Part shown: positions 11,731 to 23,670 of the stretch, piece by piece
How positions within the stretch are numbered: the stretch's first letter is position 1
How the letters are laid out: each line of letters begins with the position of its first letter
Assembly: GCF_021028975.2 (NCBI RefSeq)
Contig: NC_059427.1
Span: 115,878,001-115,942,000 of the forward strand
From: Sphaerodactylus townsendi
Lineage: Eukaryota
Length of the DNA: 64,000 bases
Direction: 5' to 3'
Notes under the pieces: model-generated
Databases searched by the model: none
Told to the model about the DNA's origin: nothing
Seen by the model: the letters and a program-made list of their open reading frames with translations, nothing else
Made by a program: the position numbers and the translations under genes

Positions 11731-14700
11731 ATAGCCATTTCTGCTATTCCATGGAATCTTACTCTTCAAATTGCCTTTCTGAAACATAAGCAACACTTCA
11801 TGTAGTCCATCTAGAGGTCTCTGGGAAGCTCAAAATCAGAATATGGTGGATCAGACTTTCCAGTTTAACTTTAGCATCCAATAGGCAGAGGAATGCTGTC
11901 TTTAATCATGAGTTTCAACTGAGTTTATCACAGCTGGTATTCAAAGATAGGGCTATCTTCCATTATTATTTGTGATGCAGTTTTGAGAAAGATAAAGTAC
12001 AGTTAGCCAAGAATACTTTATTTAGGCATCAGTCCTGGCCGCTACCCCAGTGACAACATTGCCCATCTTAACTGAGTGCTTTGTTCTAACAGTTGACAGA
12101 GTAGTTTTGAATGAGACTTGGATTTAGCTAAACTCTACCCTTCTCTCCTGGTCTTCTCTTGCAGGGGATTTTAACTTAGAAAGATTTTAACTTAGAAACT
12201 GGCGGGTGGGGGAGGAGCTATTGACATATCTTTCTTCCAGCTCATTTTGAGTCCAGTAGCACCAACAAGGTTTTCAGGATGAGCTTTCAAGAAGCAAAGT
12301 TTCCGCCATCAAAACCTTTGGATTTGTCTCTCAAAAGCTTGTATGCTGAAGATCTTGTGGTTCTCTAAGGTCCTGCTAGACTCAAAACTAGCTCTTTTTC
12401 ATAGCTCTTTTTCACGCGGATCAACATGGCTACCCTCTGAAACTATGGTCTTCCAGATGCCTAAAAACGTCCTTGAGAATAAGCATTTTTAGCTAGTCTT
12501 TCCTTCCTTCATGACAGTCAAGGCTTTGAAATGAGAGGAAATATATACTAATTTAAATCCTGTGACATAAAATCAAACACATATTATCTCTAACACTTGA
12601 CAAAAAAGGTGCAATGCACTTTTAAAAATAAATAGTGAACTCTCCAGGCCAGACTGCTAATTGTTCATTTCTGAACAGACAGATAAAAATCTATTTCAAA
12701 CTCTATGAAACATTAGTTAAAATATAGGTTCAGACATTGCTTCCCTAACTAGACAGCTTGAGAAGACCAAAAAAGTTCATGCAAACATTCAGTCTCAAAC
12801 TGAAAACAAGGGATTTGGAATCATATGCAAATTTAAAGGAAAGAATCTACTCTTTGGCATTTGAAACAGCTTGGAAATACACTAAGCCTATTCACACATA
12901 ACATGATTTGTTATCCAGTGCTAAAAAGCTACATACGCTGAAATTCAACTATATTTCCTTGAGGCAGAAAAGGACCAACAGTGAACAAATGACAAAGATA
13001 TATACCAACTATTGCTATAACAGAGCCTTAGGCAAAGAAAGAAAAAGGTTAGTTGAATTCATTGGAGGGCAGGAAGAAACAATCAATAGTCTCACGGCAC
13101 TGTAGCCAGTACCCTTGCAGAACACACTGCCCCATTTATTAAAGCTTTTAATATCTTCAGGAATCAATTGCTATTCCCATCTCTACAAAGGGAAGAAGCA
13201 AGGAGGTGGAAAGGTATTAGGTGGAATGGTCCAAGAGCTATGAGGATGCATTCATTAACCAAACAAATCCTGCCCAAGATGTTGATGTTTTAATAGATTT
13301 TAATAGATTGTGCCATCATATACCTCCAAAAGCTATAAGAGCAACGTCTATCGGCTGAATCTGGTTCTCCAACTCCCTTCTTTCTTAGACTCGGATGAGC
13401 TGGCCATGCTAATCTGTGCTTTTGTAACATCCGTTGGATTATTCTAACAAGCTCTACACTGGGTATTCCTGGAAGATCACTTGGAAACTGCAGACTGGTC
13501 CAGAATGCAACAGCATGATTATTGTCAGGGGCCAATCAATGGGAACATATGCTATCCATTTCGAAAGTTATACTGGCTTCATATTTGTTTCCAAGTTCAA
13601 TGGAAAATGCTAGGTGTGATCTTTAAAGCCATTCATGGCCTGGGACCTAAATATACGAATGGCCATGTCCTCCCATTTGTTTTTGTGTGGTCAGGTCTTC
13701 AGACAGTGGCCTGATGGCTGTTCCTCCAGAGCCTTAGGTGAGGGGAGCCTCCTCCTTGGGGATCATCAGGAAGCACAGCAAAACTAGCTTATTTTTCAGG
13801 TTTTGGATAACAGTATGAACTGTGTACCCTTTTGGAAGGTGTAGGTATTTGATTTTAATTTGCAATATTTAAATTATTACTTGTATGCCACTTTGAGACA
13901 AGAGGAAAGGCAAAGTTAAATATTTTAATAAAATAATAAATAAACAAGGCTACTGAAAATATCTAAGATCCTGAAATGTTCATAACATTACAATCTCAGC
14001 CATGCAGATGTTCTCAACAATATTAACCTGAAGGTTCAGCCAGATTAAATAGCTTATTAAGGGTGTTTAAAAAACAGTTGGCCATCTAGAACATTATCTT
14101 TTTTTCAAGATAAGGAGTCCTGATATATTTCTAAGCATTAGGTGGAAATCATTGAATGTTCCCACAGACAGAAAGGTTTTCGTATATAGACTATGATGTT
14201 CTCCGCACTGCTCCTGCCAAATTCACTGCAGCTCAAAATCCCCCCCTCAAAAAATTACACTGCAGCTCAAATTGTGATTGGCTCAAGGTAACCCAGCAAG
14301 CTTTTATAGGAGATCACAGATTTGAACATGGACCTCCCAGTTCCTAGTTCAACCACTAAACCTCACTGGACGTTGGGAGGATAAAACAAAGGAGAGGAAA
14401 AAATGAAAGTTGCTTTTTGGGCCCTGCTGGGGAGAAAAGCAGGACACAAATGTATAAATAAGAAAACCTCTCCCTGCCCTGCAGATTGAGATTCTGGAGA
14501 TGCTGTGAACTGAAAATCACACAGTAGAAGTAATAAAATCAATTGTTCCAAAGCTGCAGTGCCAACACTGAGAATGTCCTGGCGTGTGGTCTGGCAATGA
14601 TAATTTTTAGTGGGGAGAATACATAATTCCACTAAGTAAGAACGACCAGATGCAATTATTTAAATAAGTAATTCATAGTTCTTCATCAGCACCATTCCTA

Positions 14701-15739
14701 GTTTCAGTATTACAAAACGTATCAATTTAACATTGTACTAAAAGTACTGCAAATTTTTAATGTCTAGACGCACCTGCAGAGTATACAATAACAAATGTTT
14801 TTTTCTAAATGGCTTCTGACACATTAAACTCTCTCTTTAAGCATTCTGAAAGAGAAGTTTTGACTGGCATAGTCACAGCCATGTAGTGGCATATTCGTTT
14901 CTCTCAAATACCTTCTCCTTCCTTATGAAATCAAAGACCCTGAGAAAAAGACCTCCCACATTCCACATTCTAATATACATCCACTCTGCTGTACTACCTT
15001 TATACTCTTAATGTGGCTAGGAATAAGATCCAGACCCTCTAATAAACAACTATGTCTCACAGTACTAACAGTACTCTTCAATTCCCAAAAGCTTCATATG
15101 TAATCTATATATATATATTCATTCATTCAGGTTCACACTCCTAACAGGCACACAAAAACACTGAGGAATATCTAACATGTGTTATCCTACCCTACCCACC
15201 CCAGGAAATTTGTTCATACTGAAAGACATTTGCAATCCTTTGCAACTCTAATGCATGCATTCTTCCTCACATACACCTTGTAAGTCATCCCACACAATAT
15301 CCTGGAGGATGCCCAGCTTGTTCTACTTTTGCATTCACAACCCTTGTGCTTTACATATTAATTCCTCTTTCAAATGATCACACCCTGATGATTATCCTCC
15401 CCACACCCTGTCCTGTACTTATATCTCAGCATGACTCCCCAAACTGCTCTCTTCTCACAACTGGAAATCACCCACACAAGAACCTCTCTGACTGTTCTTT
15501 CTGCCATACTTTTCTCCAACTCATCCCACAGAAGTTTGGTGTATTTTCAAACATCCATAAGGATACACACCCCACCCCACATGCACATTTCTTCCTCTCC
15601 CCTATTATTCTCGCCCAAACCCTCCTTCCCCTCCAGTCTGCGTTTATGGACACACGAAGTTCTCTTCCTCGTCTCGTATTCCCACATACACGTCCGCCTA
15701 TAGATTTCACACACGGTATATAATACTGTGCCAGTAAAC

Positions 15740-16630
15740 TCGGGTATTCCCTGTTTTCCCGCTGCACTGACCCGACCGCCACCTCTACCCCGGGGCGCGC
15801 TCAAGGCCTCTCATCCTCGGGAAAGGCCTGGTCCTCCTTTGCCCAGCTCGGGCACTCCCGCCTCTCCCTGCAGCCAGGCTGGCGGCTCGACTAGGAAGAA
15901 GGCCGGGGGTTGAGCTTCTGCAGGGCCTAGAGCTTCTGCAGGGCCGCTCCGGGCCCGGTTGGCGCTCCCGGGGAGGGCTCCCTTACCCTGCATGCTGCTG
16001 ACTGTCGTGTGCGCCGCCTGGGACCCGCCACCAGGGCCGGAGCCAGAGCCGGGACCCGGGCTGGGAGCCGCCATTGTGCAGCGCGCCACTCGCCAAGGGA
16101 GGGAGGGACGGATGGGTGGACGGACGGCGGGAGGGAGGGAGGGAGGCTGCAATGCAGCAGGAGCAGCGCAGCGGACCGGCCCCCTCCCCGTCCCGCTCGC
16201 CCGGCCGCCCGCCTCAGCCCCAGGCAGCTGGCGGGACACCCAGAGCCCCGACTCGGGACGACAGGCGCCAGCCTCCCTGGCACCTACGGACCCAAAGCAC
16301 CGCCAGACCCCTGAAGCCGATGGGGCTCCGCTTTCCTCCGCCGTCCCCTCCCACTCTCACAGCGTAAAGATAACCCCGCCCCGGCAGTGGGCGGAACGGA
16401 TGATGCCTCTGGCTCCTTCGCTCAGAAACACAAGCAGAGAGGGAGGAGGAGGACGACGAGGAGTGGAGCTCCCTGGCCGCAGCAGCCCGCCAAAGTTTCC
16501 TCCACCACAGCATTTGGCACGCGCACCCGGGCAAACAGAAAAGGGAACGCTCGGTTTGGGGCGGCAGGTTATCTATCCATCCCCTGAAATGGGGTACCTT
16601 TGGGCACGCGGCCCTGCACAGCAAGGCGCC
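15740..16630. promoter_or_regulatory. CpG island / MAP2K4 promoter and 5' UTR
   Basis: Sharp rise in GC and CpG around exon 1, with GC boxes (CCCCGCCCC near 16374, GGGCGG near 16389). Confidence 0.85.
15987..16074 (-). CDS. MAP2K4: MAP2K4 (MKK4/SEK1) coding exon 1
   Basis: ATG at 16074 reads MAAPSPGPGSGSGPGGGSQAAHTTVSSMQ-G, matching the recalled MAP2K4 N-terminus (MAAPSP...VSSMQG). Phase-1 donor CAGG|GTAAGG at 15987/15986. Lies in a CpG island. Downstream kinase exons were not found in the window. Confidence 0.93.
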
Positions 16631-17676
16631 TGCTCTGTAGGTAGACAGCTTGCCTCAAAATGATGGATATGCTGGTTGGAGCTGTGACATCCGAACCACA
16701 GCAAGTTGAGGAAGGTTGAAGCAGTTCACTTTTCAGGCTCATCGCCACAGTGGTACAGAAAGGGATCAGTGATTCTGGCATGCCCCTCCAATAGGCACTA
16801 AGGGTTGGTGTGAAATCTATGCCGACTCTTTCAAATGTAAATTTTCTGTGTAAAGAAAAGATAAAAAGGTGTGCATCCTATCAACTGTGAATTTTCAGCC
16901 ATTGGCTAGAACAGAATGAGCAGCTAGCCTGATTTACAAAGCCTGCAGGGGAGGGAGTAAAATCATGGTGGAGGAAAGAGAGAAAGGGATTTAGGAATAA
17001 AGGGGTAAAAAATGTGTTGTAGCAGACTCAAGCGAAGAAAAGACAGAGAACAGGACAATGGTCCACAATAGTCCTGTCAAATATTTATTGCTGGGGAAAT
17101 TATTTTTGACAGGACAGGAGATAATAAAGGATTTAGACCCAGAGGTAAGTGAACACAAGTCTTTGGCAAATATATGCTATCCCATATGAATCTTGTTCAC
17201 ACAGGAGGATTGTATTCTGCAGATGGAAAGTTGCTGGAAAAGGATCCCTTACCTGAGGGCAGTTCATGCATCATGCCACTGTTGCTCGATCTCTGTGTTC
17301 ATTTAGAAATGAATTATAATCACAGCCTGATCCTATACATTATTATATTTGTAGTCCATCTTTCTTGCCAAGGGTTAAAACCGATTGCACAGTAAGTCAA
17401 TGCAGTCAATCAAATGTGACATCTAATAAACAATGCAATAAGAATAGAGTTAAAACTATTTGAAACACTTCAAAAATCATTAGCTATGATATGTCAAACA
17501 ATGCAGAAAATGGTATTACAAAAGTAGAAGGCAGTGCAGTAAGAGCAGGATAATACATACGGCAAACATAATATATAACTTACAGTGATGTAGTACAAAC
17601 CTGTTCCGTTTGTAAAAGCTTCTTCTTGAAACATTTCATTATCATATAACCCTATTACCTTTATAAAAATGCCATA

Positions 17677-17975
17677 AGTAGCACTGGCATAGTGGTTAAG
17701 AACAGGTGCATTCTAATCTGGAGGAACCAGGTTTGATTCCCCGCTCTGCCGCCTGAGCTGTGGAGGCTTACCTGGGGAATTCAGATTAGCCTGTGCACTC
17801 CCACACACACCAGCTGGGTGACCTTGGGCTAGTCACAGCTTTTTGGAGCTCCCTCAGCCCCACCCACCTCACAGGGTGTTTGTTATGAGGGGGGAAGGGA
17901 AAGGAGATTGTAAACCCCTTTGAGTCTCCTACAGGAGAGAAAGGGGGGATATAAATCCAAACTCTTCTCCTTCTC
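17677..17975 (+). mobile_element. tRNA-derived SINE (Squam3-like, gecko type)
   Basis: A box TGGCATAGTGGTTAAG, B box GGTTTGATTCC, core GCTGGGTGACCTTGGGCTAGTCAC...CACCTCACAGGGTG, and (TCT)-rich tail. Confidence 0.8.
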
Positions 17976-17999
17976 TTGAACCATTCTGTTTTACATAAT

Positions 18000-19100
18000 T
18001 TGTTTTATATAATACAGAATGACAAAAGAGTGGGAGCTCTTCCTCAGAAAGGCCATTCCACAAGATGGGAGGCACAAGAGATTAAGGAGAAGGGCAAGAA
18101 AATACGTGGTTGAGTTATTTCCAGATAACATCCACACTTAGAATTATTATCACAGGGAGGAACACTATGTGAATTGTCAGATTTTTGAAAAAAAAAGATT
18201 ACAACATGGAAACATTTGATGAGAAGAATATATAAGATTCGTCTGAAAACAGAGACGGAACAGGTAAAGATATGCATGGTGAAATGGATGCAAGATCATA
18301 AAGAGTTAACTTTCAATAGCAGGAAACATTATGGACTAAAAGTATTAAACTTACTGGATGCCAAATGCTAATAGAGAATTGCTATTTAAAAATGTTTAGA
18401 TGGTACATACCCTGTTTCTCTGAAAATAAGACATCCCCTGAGAATAAGACGTAGTAGAGGTTTTGCTGAAGTGCTCAATATAAAACATTCCCCAAAAGTA
18501 AGATGTAGCAAAGTTTTTGTTTGGAAGCATGCCCGTAGAACAGAACACCAGAGCATGCAGCTATGGAGTGGAAAAATAAGACATCCCCTGAAAATAAGAC
18601 ATAGCGCATCTTTGGGAGCAAAAATTAATATAAGACACTCTTATTTTCGGAGAAACACGGGTAACTGCTGACGTGATCAAGAAAATGATTAAACAAAGTG
18701 ATGGTCTCTGCTGGAGATGTCATGAAAAGGTCAGGTCTTTTTCCATATTTGATAGACTTGTAAAAAAAATCTAGAAATACACATGAAAATGCAAAAAAAA
18801 TTAAATTAAAATTTATTCTTACTGCTAAAACGATGTTACTGGGTATCTTACCAGAAGACCTTCCTAAGAAGCTCAATGACCTATGTTGGCACTTATTAAC
18901 TGCAGCAAGAGTAATAATTGGATCTTGTTAGAAATCTGATAAAGATCTTAATACAGAACTTTGAGAAGATAAAATCAGAGAATGTGCTATAATGGTGAAA
19001 TTAACAAACCTTGTAAATAAACAAACATGAATTTGATGAGAAATGGGAACTTTATTTCTTATTTGAAGCTGAATCAATTACCGTATGTACAAATAATAAC
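18000..19100 (+). mobile_element. degraded L1/Tx1-clade LINE ORF2 3' fragment
   Basis: A-rich strand with remnants resembling KMF.RWY...CWRC...FFHI..TCKK (C-terminal zinc-knuckle region); many stops. Confidence 0.6.
18410..18661. mobile_element. TcMar (Tc2/pogo-like) MITE nested in an L1 relic
   Basis: TIR CCC(G)TGTTTCTCYGAAAATAAGA; TA TSD; internal AATAAGAC repeats. Confidence 0.82.
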
Positions 19101-19544
19101 TGAAAGATTATTAACTTGCTAATGATTAAGATATAAGATGTGAGCCACAACAGAAAATGCATGCATACAGGCGTTCAATTTGTAAATCGTCTTAAACAGT
19201 TTTTGTAACTGTGACTTGCACCCTGTAATTTTGTGACTTGTATCTCATTTGGTATCAGTTTAATAATTTTGAAAGAAAATGGAAAGGTTCATAACTAGAA
19301 TCCAACTACTAAATTTCAAGCACAGAACTGCAGCAAGGACAAACAGTACAATCTTAAGGGCTCGCTGTATTGGCAGCCACACCATAGGGTCCCATCCAGG
19401 TGTTGTGTTGTCACAGACAGGGCAGGCATAACCAATCAGATAGGCATAACCAATCAGAGATAACCAATCAGACAGGCCCAGAGGTATAGTCCTTCACTTC
19501 TCACTGCCCAGGAACAGGAGGGGACATGGCCAGGAATGTTGGCT

Positions 19545-19781
19545 NNNNNNNNNNNNNNNNNNNNNNNNNNNNNNNNNNNNNNNNNNNNNNNNNNNNNNNN
19601 NNNNNNNNNNNNNNNNNNNNNNNNNNNNNNNNNNNNNNNNNNNNNNNNNNNNNNNNNNNNNNNNNNNNNNNNNNNNNNNNNNNNNNNNNNNNNNNNNNNN
19701 NNNNNNNNNNNNNNNNNNNNNNNNNNNNNNNNNNNNNNNNNNNNNNNNNNNNNNNNNNNNNNNNNNNNNNNNNNNNNNNNN
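19545..19781. other. assembly gap (237 N)
   Basis: Run of N. Confidence 0.99.
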
Positions 19782-19859
19782 TGTCACAAATCCCTGAGCA
19801 GTTGACAGAGTTGGCAAGGGCTCCAGCAATCCCCCTTCCACCAAAATTGTAACAAAAAA

Positions 19860-20850
19860 TCTCTCTATATAAAAATCTAACAGTGTGTTTGTCCCTGATG
19901 GTGTCCCTCAAAAGCTGCTGGACGGATCGCCCCCAAATTTTCACAGGACGTCCCTCCCCGTTGCTGGCAGGTACTCGGACCTTCAAACCGCCAAAAGTCC
20001 ATACCTGAGCCAGGTAAAACGTCTTTTTCCTGGCGCACCAGGCCATGAAGCTGCCTCTGTTTAACTGTCACCCTTAGAATGTTCGTGCAGCATGTCTGTG
20101 GCCTGAGGGCTTAGAATGTTTGTGCAGATGGGCAGAGATGAGCATTGAAAACAGTAAATAGGTAATACTGTTAGGTAATACGAGTGGAAGTGAAACACAT
20201 ACACACTTTGCCGTGCGAGACGTCAGGTGGGGTCCCCCCCCCACACGCAGGTAACTTTCACTCTCTGTGCCTCACCCACTGCTACCACACAACACACATC
20301 CAGCTCATACTCACATACCTCACTCTGCCCTCCCTCACATCCAACCACCACTTACCCACTTCCTCACCCATATTCGCCACAGCTCTCTTTTACTAAAAGC
20401 GAGCTGGAGTTTGCCTTTTTCTTCTAAAAAAATCCACGGGGTGGGGGCAAACCAACACTACCGGCTCTGCTTCTTTTGCACATGGCCCTTTACGAACCCA
20501 GGGAGCTGACCTCGATCTGAGCGCCTCACAACCCTGCCTCTGCTGCCTGACTGGGATAGCCTCTTGCCCAAGTTCTGCCTTACCCAAGCCAGGGCTGTGT
20601 GCGTCAACCAGCCTCATGGACAGCGGGATTCGCATTCTGGACAGTTCTGTTGTGGAATGGAAAGGGTTACCTTATACTAAAAAAAACCAGCACCATATAA
20701 CGATGTGCATTGAAAAGGGAAAGAGGGATTCCATTTGATCACCCCAAAAGGCTATGCTGGGGATCATTGGACCTGTATGGACATCTGTGTGGGTTGCGGA
20801 CTGTGATGAGAAGGACAATTGCCACAGCAACGCGTGGCTGGGCCCGCTAG
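19860..20850 (+). mobile_element. non-autonomous Helitron (about 990 bp)
   Basis: 5' end A|TCTCTCTATATAAAA. 3' hairpin GCCAC-agcaacgc-GTGGC followed by CTAG|T. AT insertion site with no TSD. The joined flanks match an uninterrupted paralogous site at 21192-21233. Confidence 0.85.
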
Positions 20851-22047
20851 TAAATTAAATAAAAATAATAGGTTAGGGTTAAGGCAAGGGCAGGAGCTTA
20901 GGCTTGTCTTAGTGTTATGTGGAGTTCTAGGGCCCAGTCCGAGTATAGAGCTATGGTCAGTTTTAGGTTTCGGGTTTTTGTTACAATTCTGGAAACCATT
21001 TTACGGTTCAGTTTCAAGCAAGGGAAAGGATTAAGGCAAAATCCCGAAACCAGAAATTGACCATTGCCCTGTTCTCGGACTACACCCTAGAACTCAACGT
21101 AACATTAAGGCAAGTCTGAGCCCCAGCTCTTGCCTGAATCCTAACCCTAACTTATTATTTTTATTTAATTTTTTCAGTCATAAATTGTTCCCAAAATATT
21201 AACAAAAAATAAATTAAATAAAAATAATAGGTTAACCCTAACCCTAACTTCTTATTTTTATTTAGGCTTGTCTTAGTCTTAAATTGAGTTCTAGGGTGCA
21301 GTCCAAGAACAGGGCTATGGTCAGTTTCGGGTTTTTGTTACAACTTTCGGAACAATTTATGATGGAATAAATTAAATGAAAGTAATCAGTGAGGGTTAGG
21401 TTTAAGGCAAGGGCAGGGGCTCAGGCTTGCCTTAGTGTTATGTTGAGTTCCAAGGCGCAGTCCAATATTAGCACGATGGTTAGTTTTAGGTTTCAGGGTT
21501 TTTTTACAATTTTGGGAACAAATGACTAAATAAATTAAGTAAAAATAATAAATTAGGGTTAGGGTTAAGGCAAGGGCAGGGGATCAGGCTTGCCTTAGTT
21601 TACATTGAGTTCCAGGGCGCAGTCCAATATTAGCATGACGGTCAGTTTTAGGTTTTTGTTACAATTTTGGGAAGAATTTTATGATGGAGTAAATAAAATT
21701 AAAAATCATAAATTAGGGTTAGGGTTAAGGCAACGGTAGGGGCTCAGGCTTGCCTTAGTGTTACGTTGAGTTCCAGGGCGCAGTCCAATATTAGCACGAT
21801 GGTCAGTTTTAGGTTTCGGGTTTTTTTTACAATTTTGGGAACAATTTTATGACTAAATAAATTAAATAAAAATCATAAATTAGGGTTAAGGCAAGGGCAG
21901 GGGCTCAGGCTTGCCGTAGTGTTATGTTGAGTTCCAGGGCACAGTCCAGTATTAGCACGATGGTCAGTTTTAGGTTTCGGGTTTTTGTTACTTTGTTGGG
22001 AACAATTTATGACTGAATAAATTAAATAAAAATAATAAATTAGGGTT
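20851..22047. repeat. satellite-like array, ~160-bp unit containing TTAGGGTT(AGGGTT), with an inverted unit
   Basis: AAGGCAA anchor recurs at about 20881, 21404, 21567, 21727 and 21888. A reverse-complement unit lies at about 21040-21200. Confidence 0.9.
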
Positions 22048-22229
22048 GTAAAGCTGCTAGGCAGCGCAGTTGCCGTGGTGCGGAGGTGCTGACACGTAGG
22101 TCAGGATCTCAATAAAACCTTTTATTATTTCACTATACTCGCTGTGTTGGGTTCCGTTTCTGTTCCCCTGCACTGCCGAGCGCTGGTTGGTCTGGAGCTA
22201 TTAAAAGTTACCAGGCAGCGCGGTAACAG
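22047..22229 (+). mobile_element. short LTR-like fragment
   Basis: TGT...ACA ends, internal AATAAA followed by a GT-rich tract, CpG-rich. No TSD found. Confidence 0.35.
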
Positions 22230-23535
22230 TTAAAAAATGTTTGCTGTATTCTATACAAATTGAAACATCTTTAAGGGCAGTCTCATGTTATGTATTACAG
22301 CAGTCAAGACTAGATGTTGTATTAGTGTGGGTCAGCATGGTTAAGTTGGAAGAGTCTGGCTAAAATGAAAGTTAAAGTTAGAAGCAAGATGTAATGAAAA
22401 GAAGGAAACAGACATAATGTGTAGGTTCCATTGAACTATCATGGCTAATATTTAACTTTCAAGTTTTGTTTTCTTTTAAATCTCTGCTTAAAGTAATCTA
22501 ACCTAATGGTCATCACTAACTTTTCTGGCAGTGAATTTCATAGCTGAAGTCAGAACACTTTTGATAACGTGCCCTGAATCTCATTTGACATTTTATTGTC
22601 CGTACAACCAATTTTAGCAAGGTGTCCCTGCAGTAGTTCTGAATTGGGGTTCCCAACCTCCTGGGAGTTCTCCAGGAATTACAACTGACTTCCAGACTAC
22701 AGAGATTGGTTCTCCTAGAGCAAATGGCATCTTCAGAGGGCAAACTCTATGGTATACCATAGATTCTAGGTGAAATCCCACTCCACATTCCCCCCATTCA
22801 CAGATCCGGCTCCCCAGTTTGTAGGAGTTTCCCAAGCAAAGATACTTCTCTGGTGACAAGTGGGCAGAAAGAAGCTCACCTCCCTTCTTCCGGCTACCAG
22901 GCTGTGGCTGTTAAGTCAGATTGATGGTGTACAAGATACCGAACAGAGGAAGCAAGCTAGCTACTGATAAATATGTGGGCGGAGATGTGGGCATTAGCAT
23001 GGGTTAGTAGTTGGAATGGGTCAATGAACTTGAATGACTGGATCGGGCTGTTTTTTTGCCCTCCCTGAAACTTTCTCTAATTAAAAAAAACACACAGAGA
23101 AAAGAAACAGAAGCTATGTGTCTCCTTAAAGACTAACGTTAATTATGTATGCATTTTCTTGGGTTAGGAGCCCACTTCAGCAAATGGTTGAAGAATGTAT
23201 CTAAGCGAAGGAACTTCAGTCCGCGAAAGTTTCTATCCCATAATAGATCAGTTAGTTGTTACCGAGGTGCCACACTAGGTTATTTGCGTGTGTGTTGGCT
23301 GCACACAGCTACTAACACAGCTTCGCCTTCTTTTCTGAGCTACATACTGCAAAATCCTATTGCCCTCTGCCTCTTCGTTCGGCATCGGGAGCATGAGCGG
23401 TGCAGGAGGCTTGCTAAATTGCCAGGGTGTGCCTGGGAGTCAGTAGTCCCTCCTCATTGCAGCCCCTCCGCTTCTCCTGCCGGGAGGGGGAAGGAGGCGG
23501 GCTCAGCACTGAGCCGAATGGGCAGGAAGAGGGCG

Positions 23536-23670
23536 ATGGAGCTTCCCGCACATTCCTCTACTGGCGCCGATAAAGACCCACTTTCTGCGTCCCCGGGTGC
23601 TACTAGCAGGCTGTGGAGACTCAGCAACTTGGTCATGACTGTCTTCTTCGGGCTAGCTGCGGCCGTGCAG
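23536..23670 (+). CDS. TMEM220: TMEM220 exon 1
   Basis: gcgATGG start, with an in-frame upstream ATG at 23518. ...LWRLSNLVMTVFFGLAAAVQ matches human [20 protein letters not shown]. Phase-0 donor CAG|GTCGGG. Confidence 0.88.

Noticed and set aside
15959-16663. 234-aa plus-strand ORF, and other overlapping ORFs, antisense to MAP2K4 exon 1
   Set aside because: Low-complexity Pro/Gly/Ala/Arg product, expected from stop-poor CpG-island DNA; no recognisable domain.
19494-20046. ORFs spanning the N run
   Set aside because: Artefacts of translating through the assembly gap.
20851-22047. CRISPR-like array or true telomere
   Set aside because: Eukaryotic context. Whole units repeat with no unique spacers, and there are at most two consecutive TTAGGG per unit.
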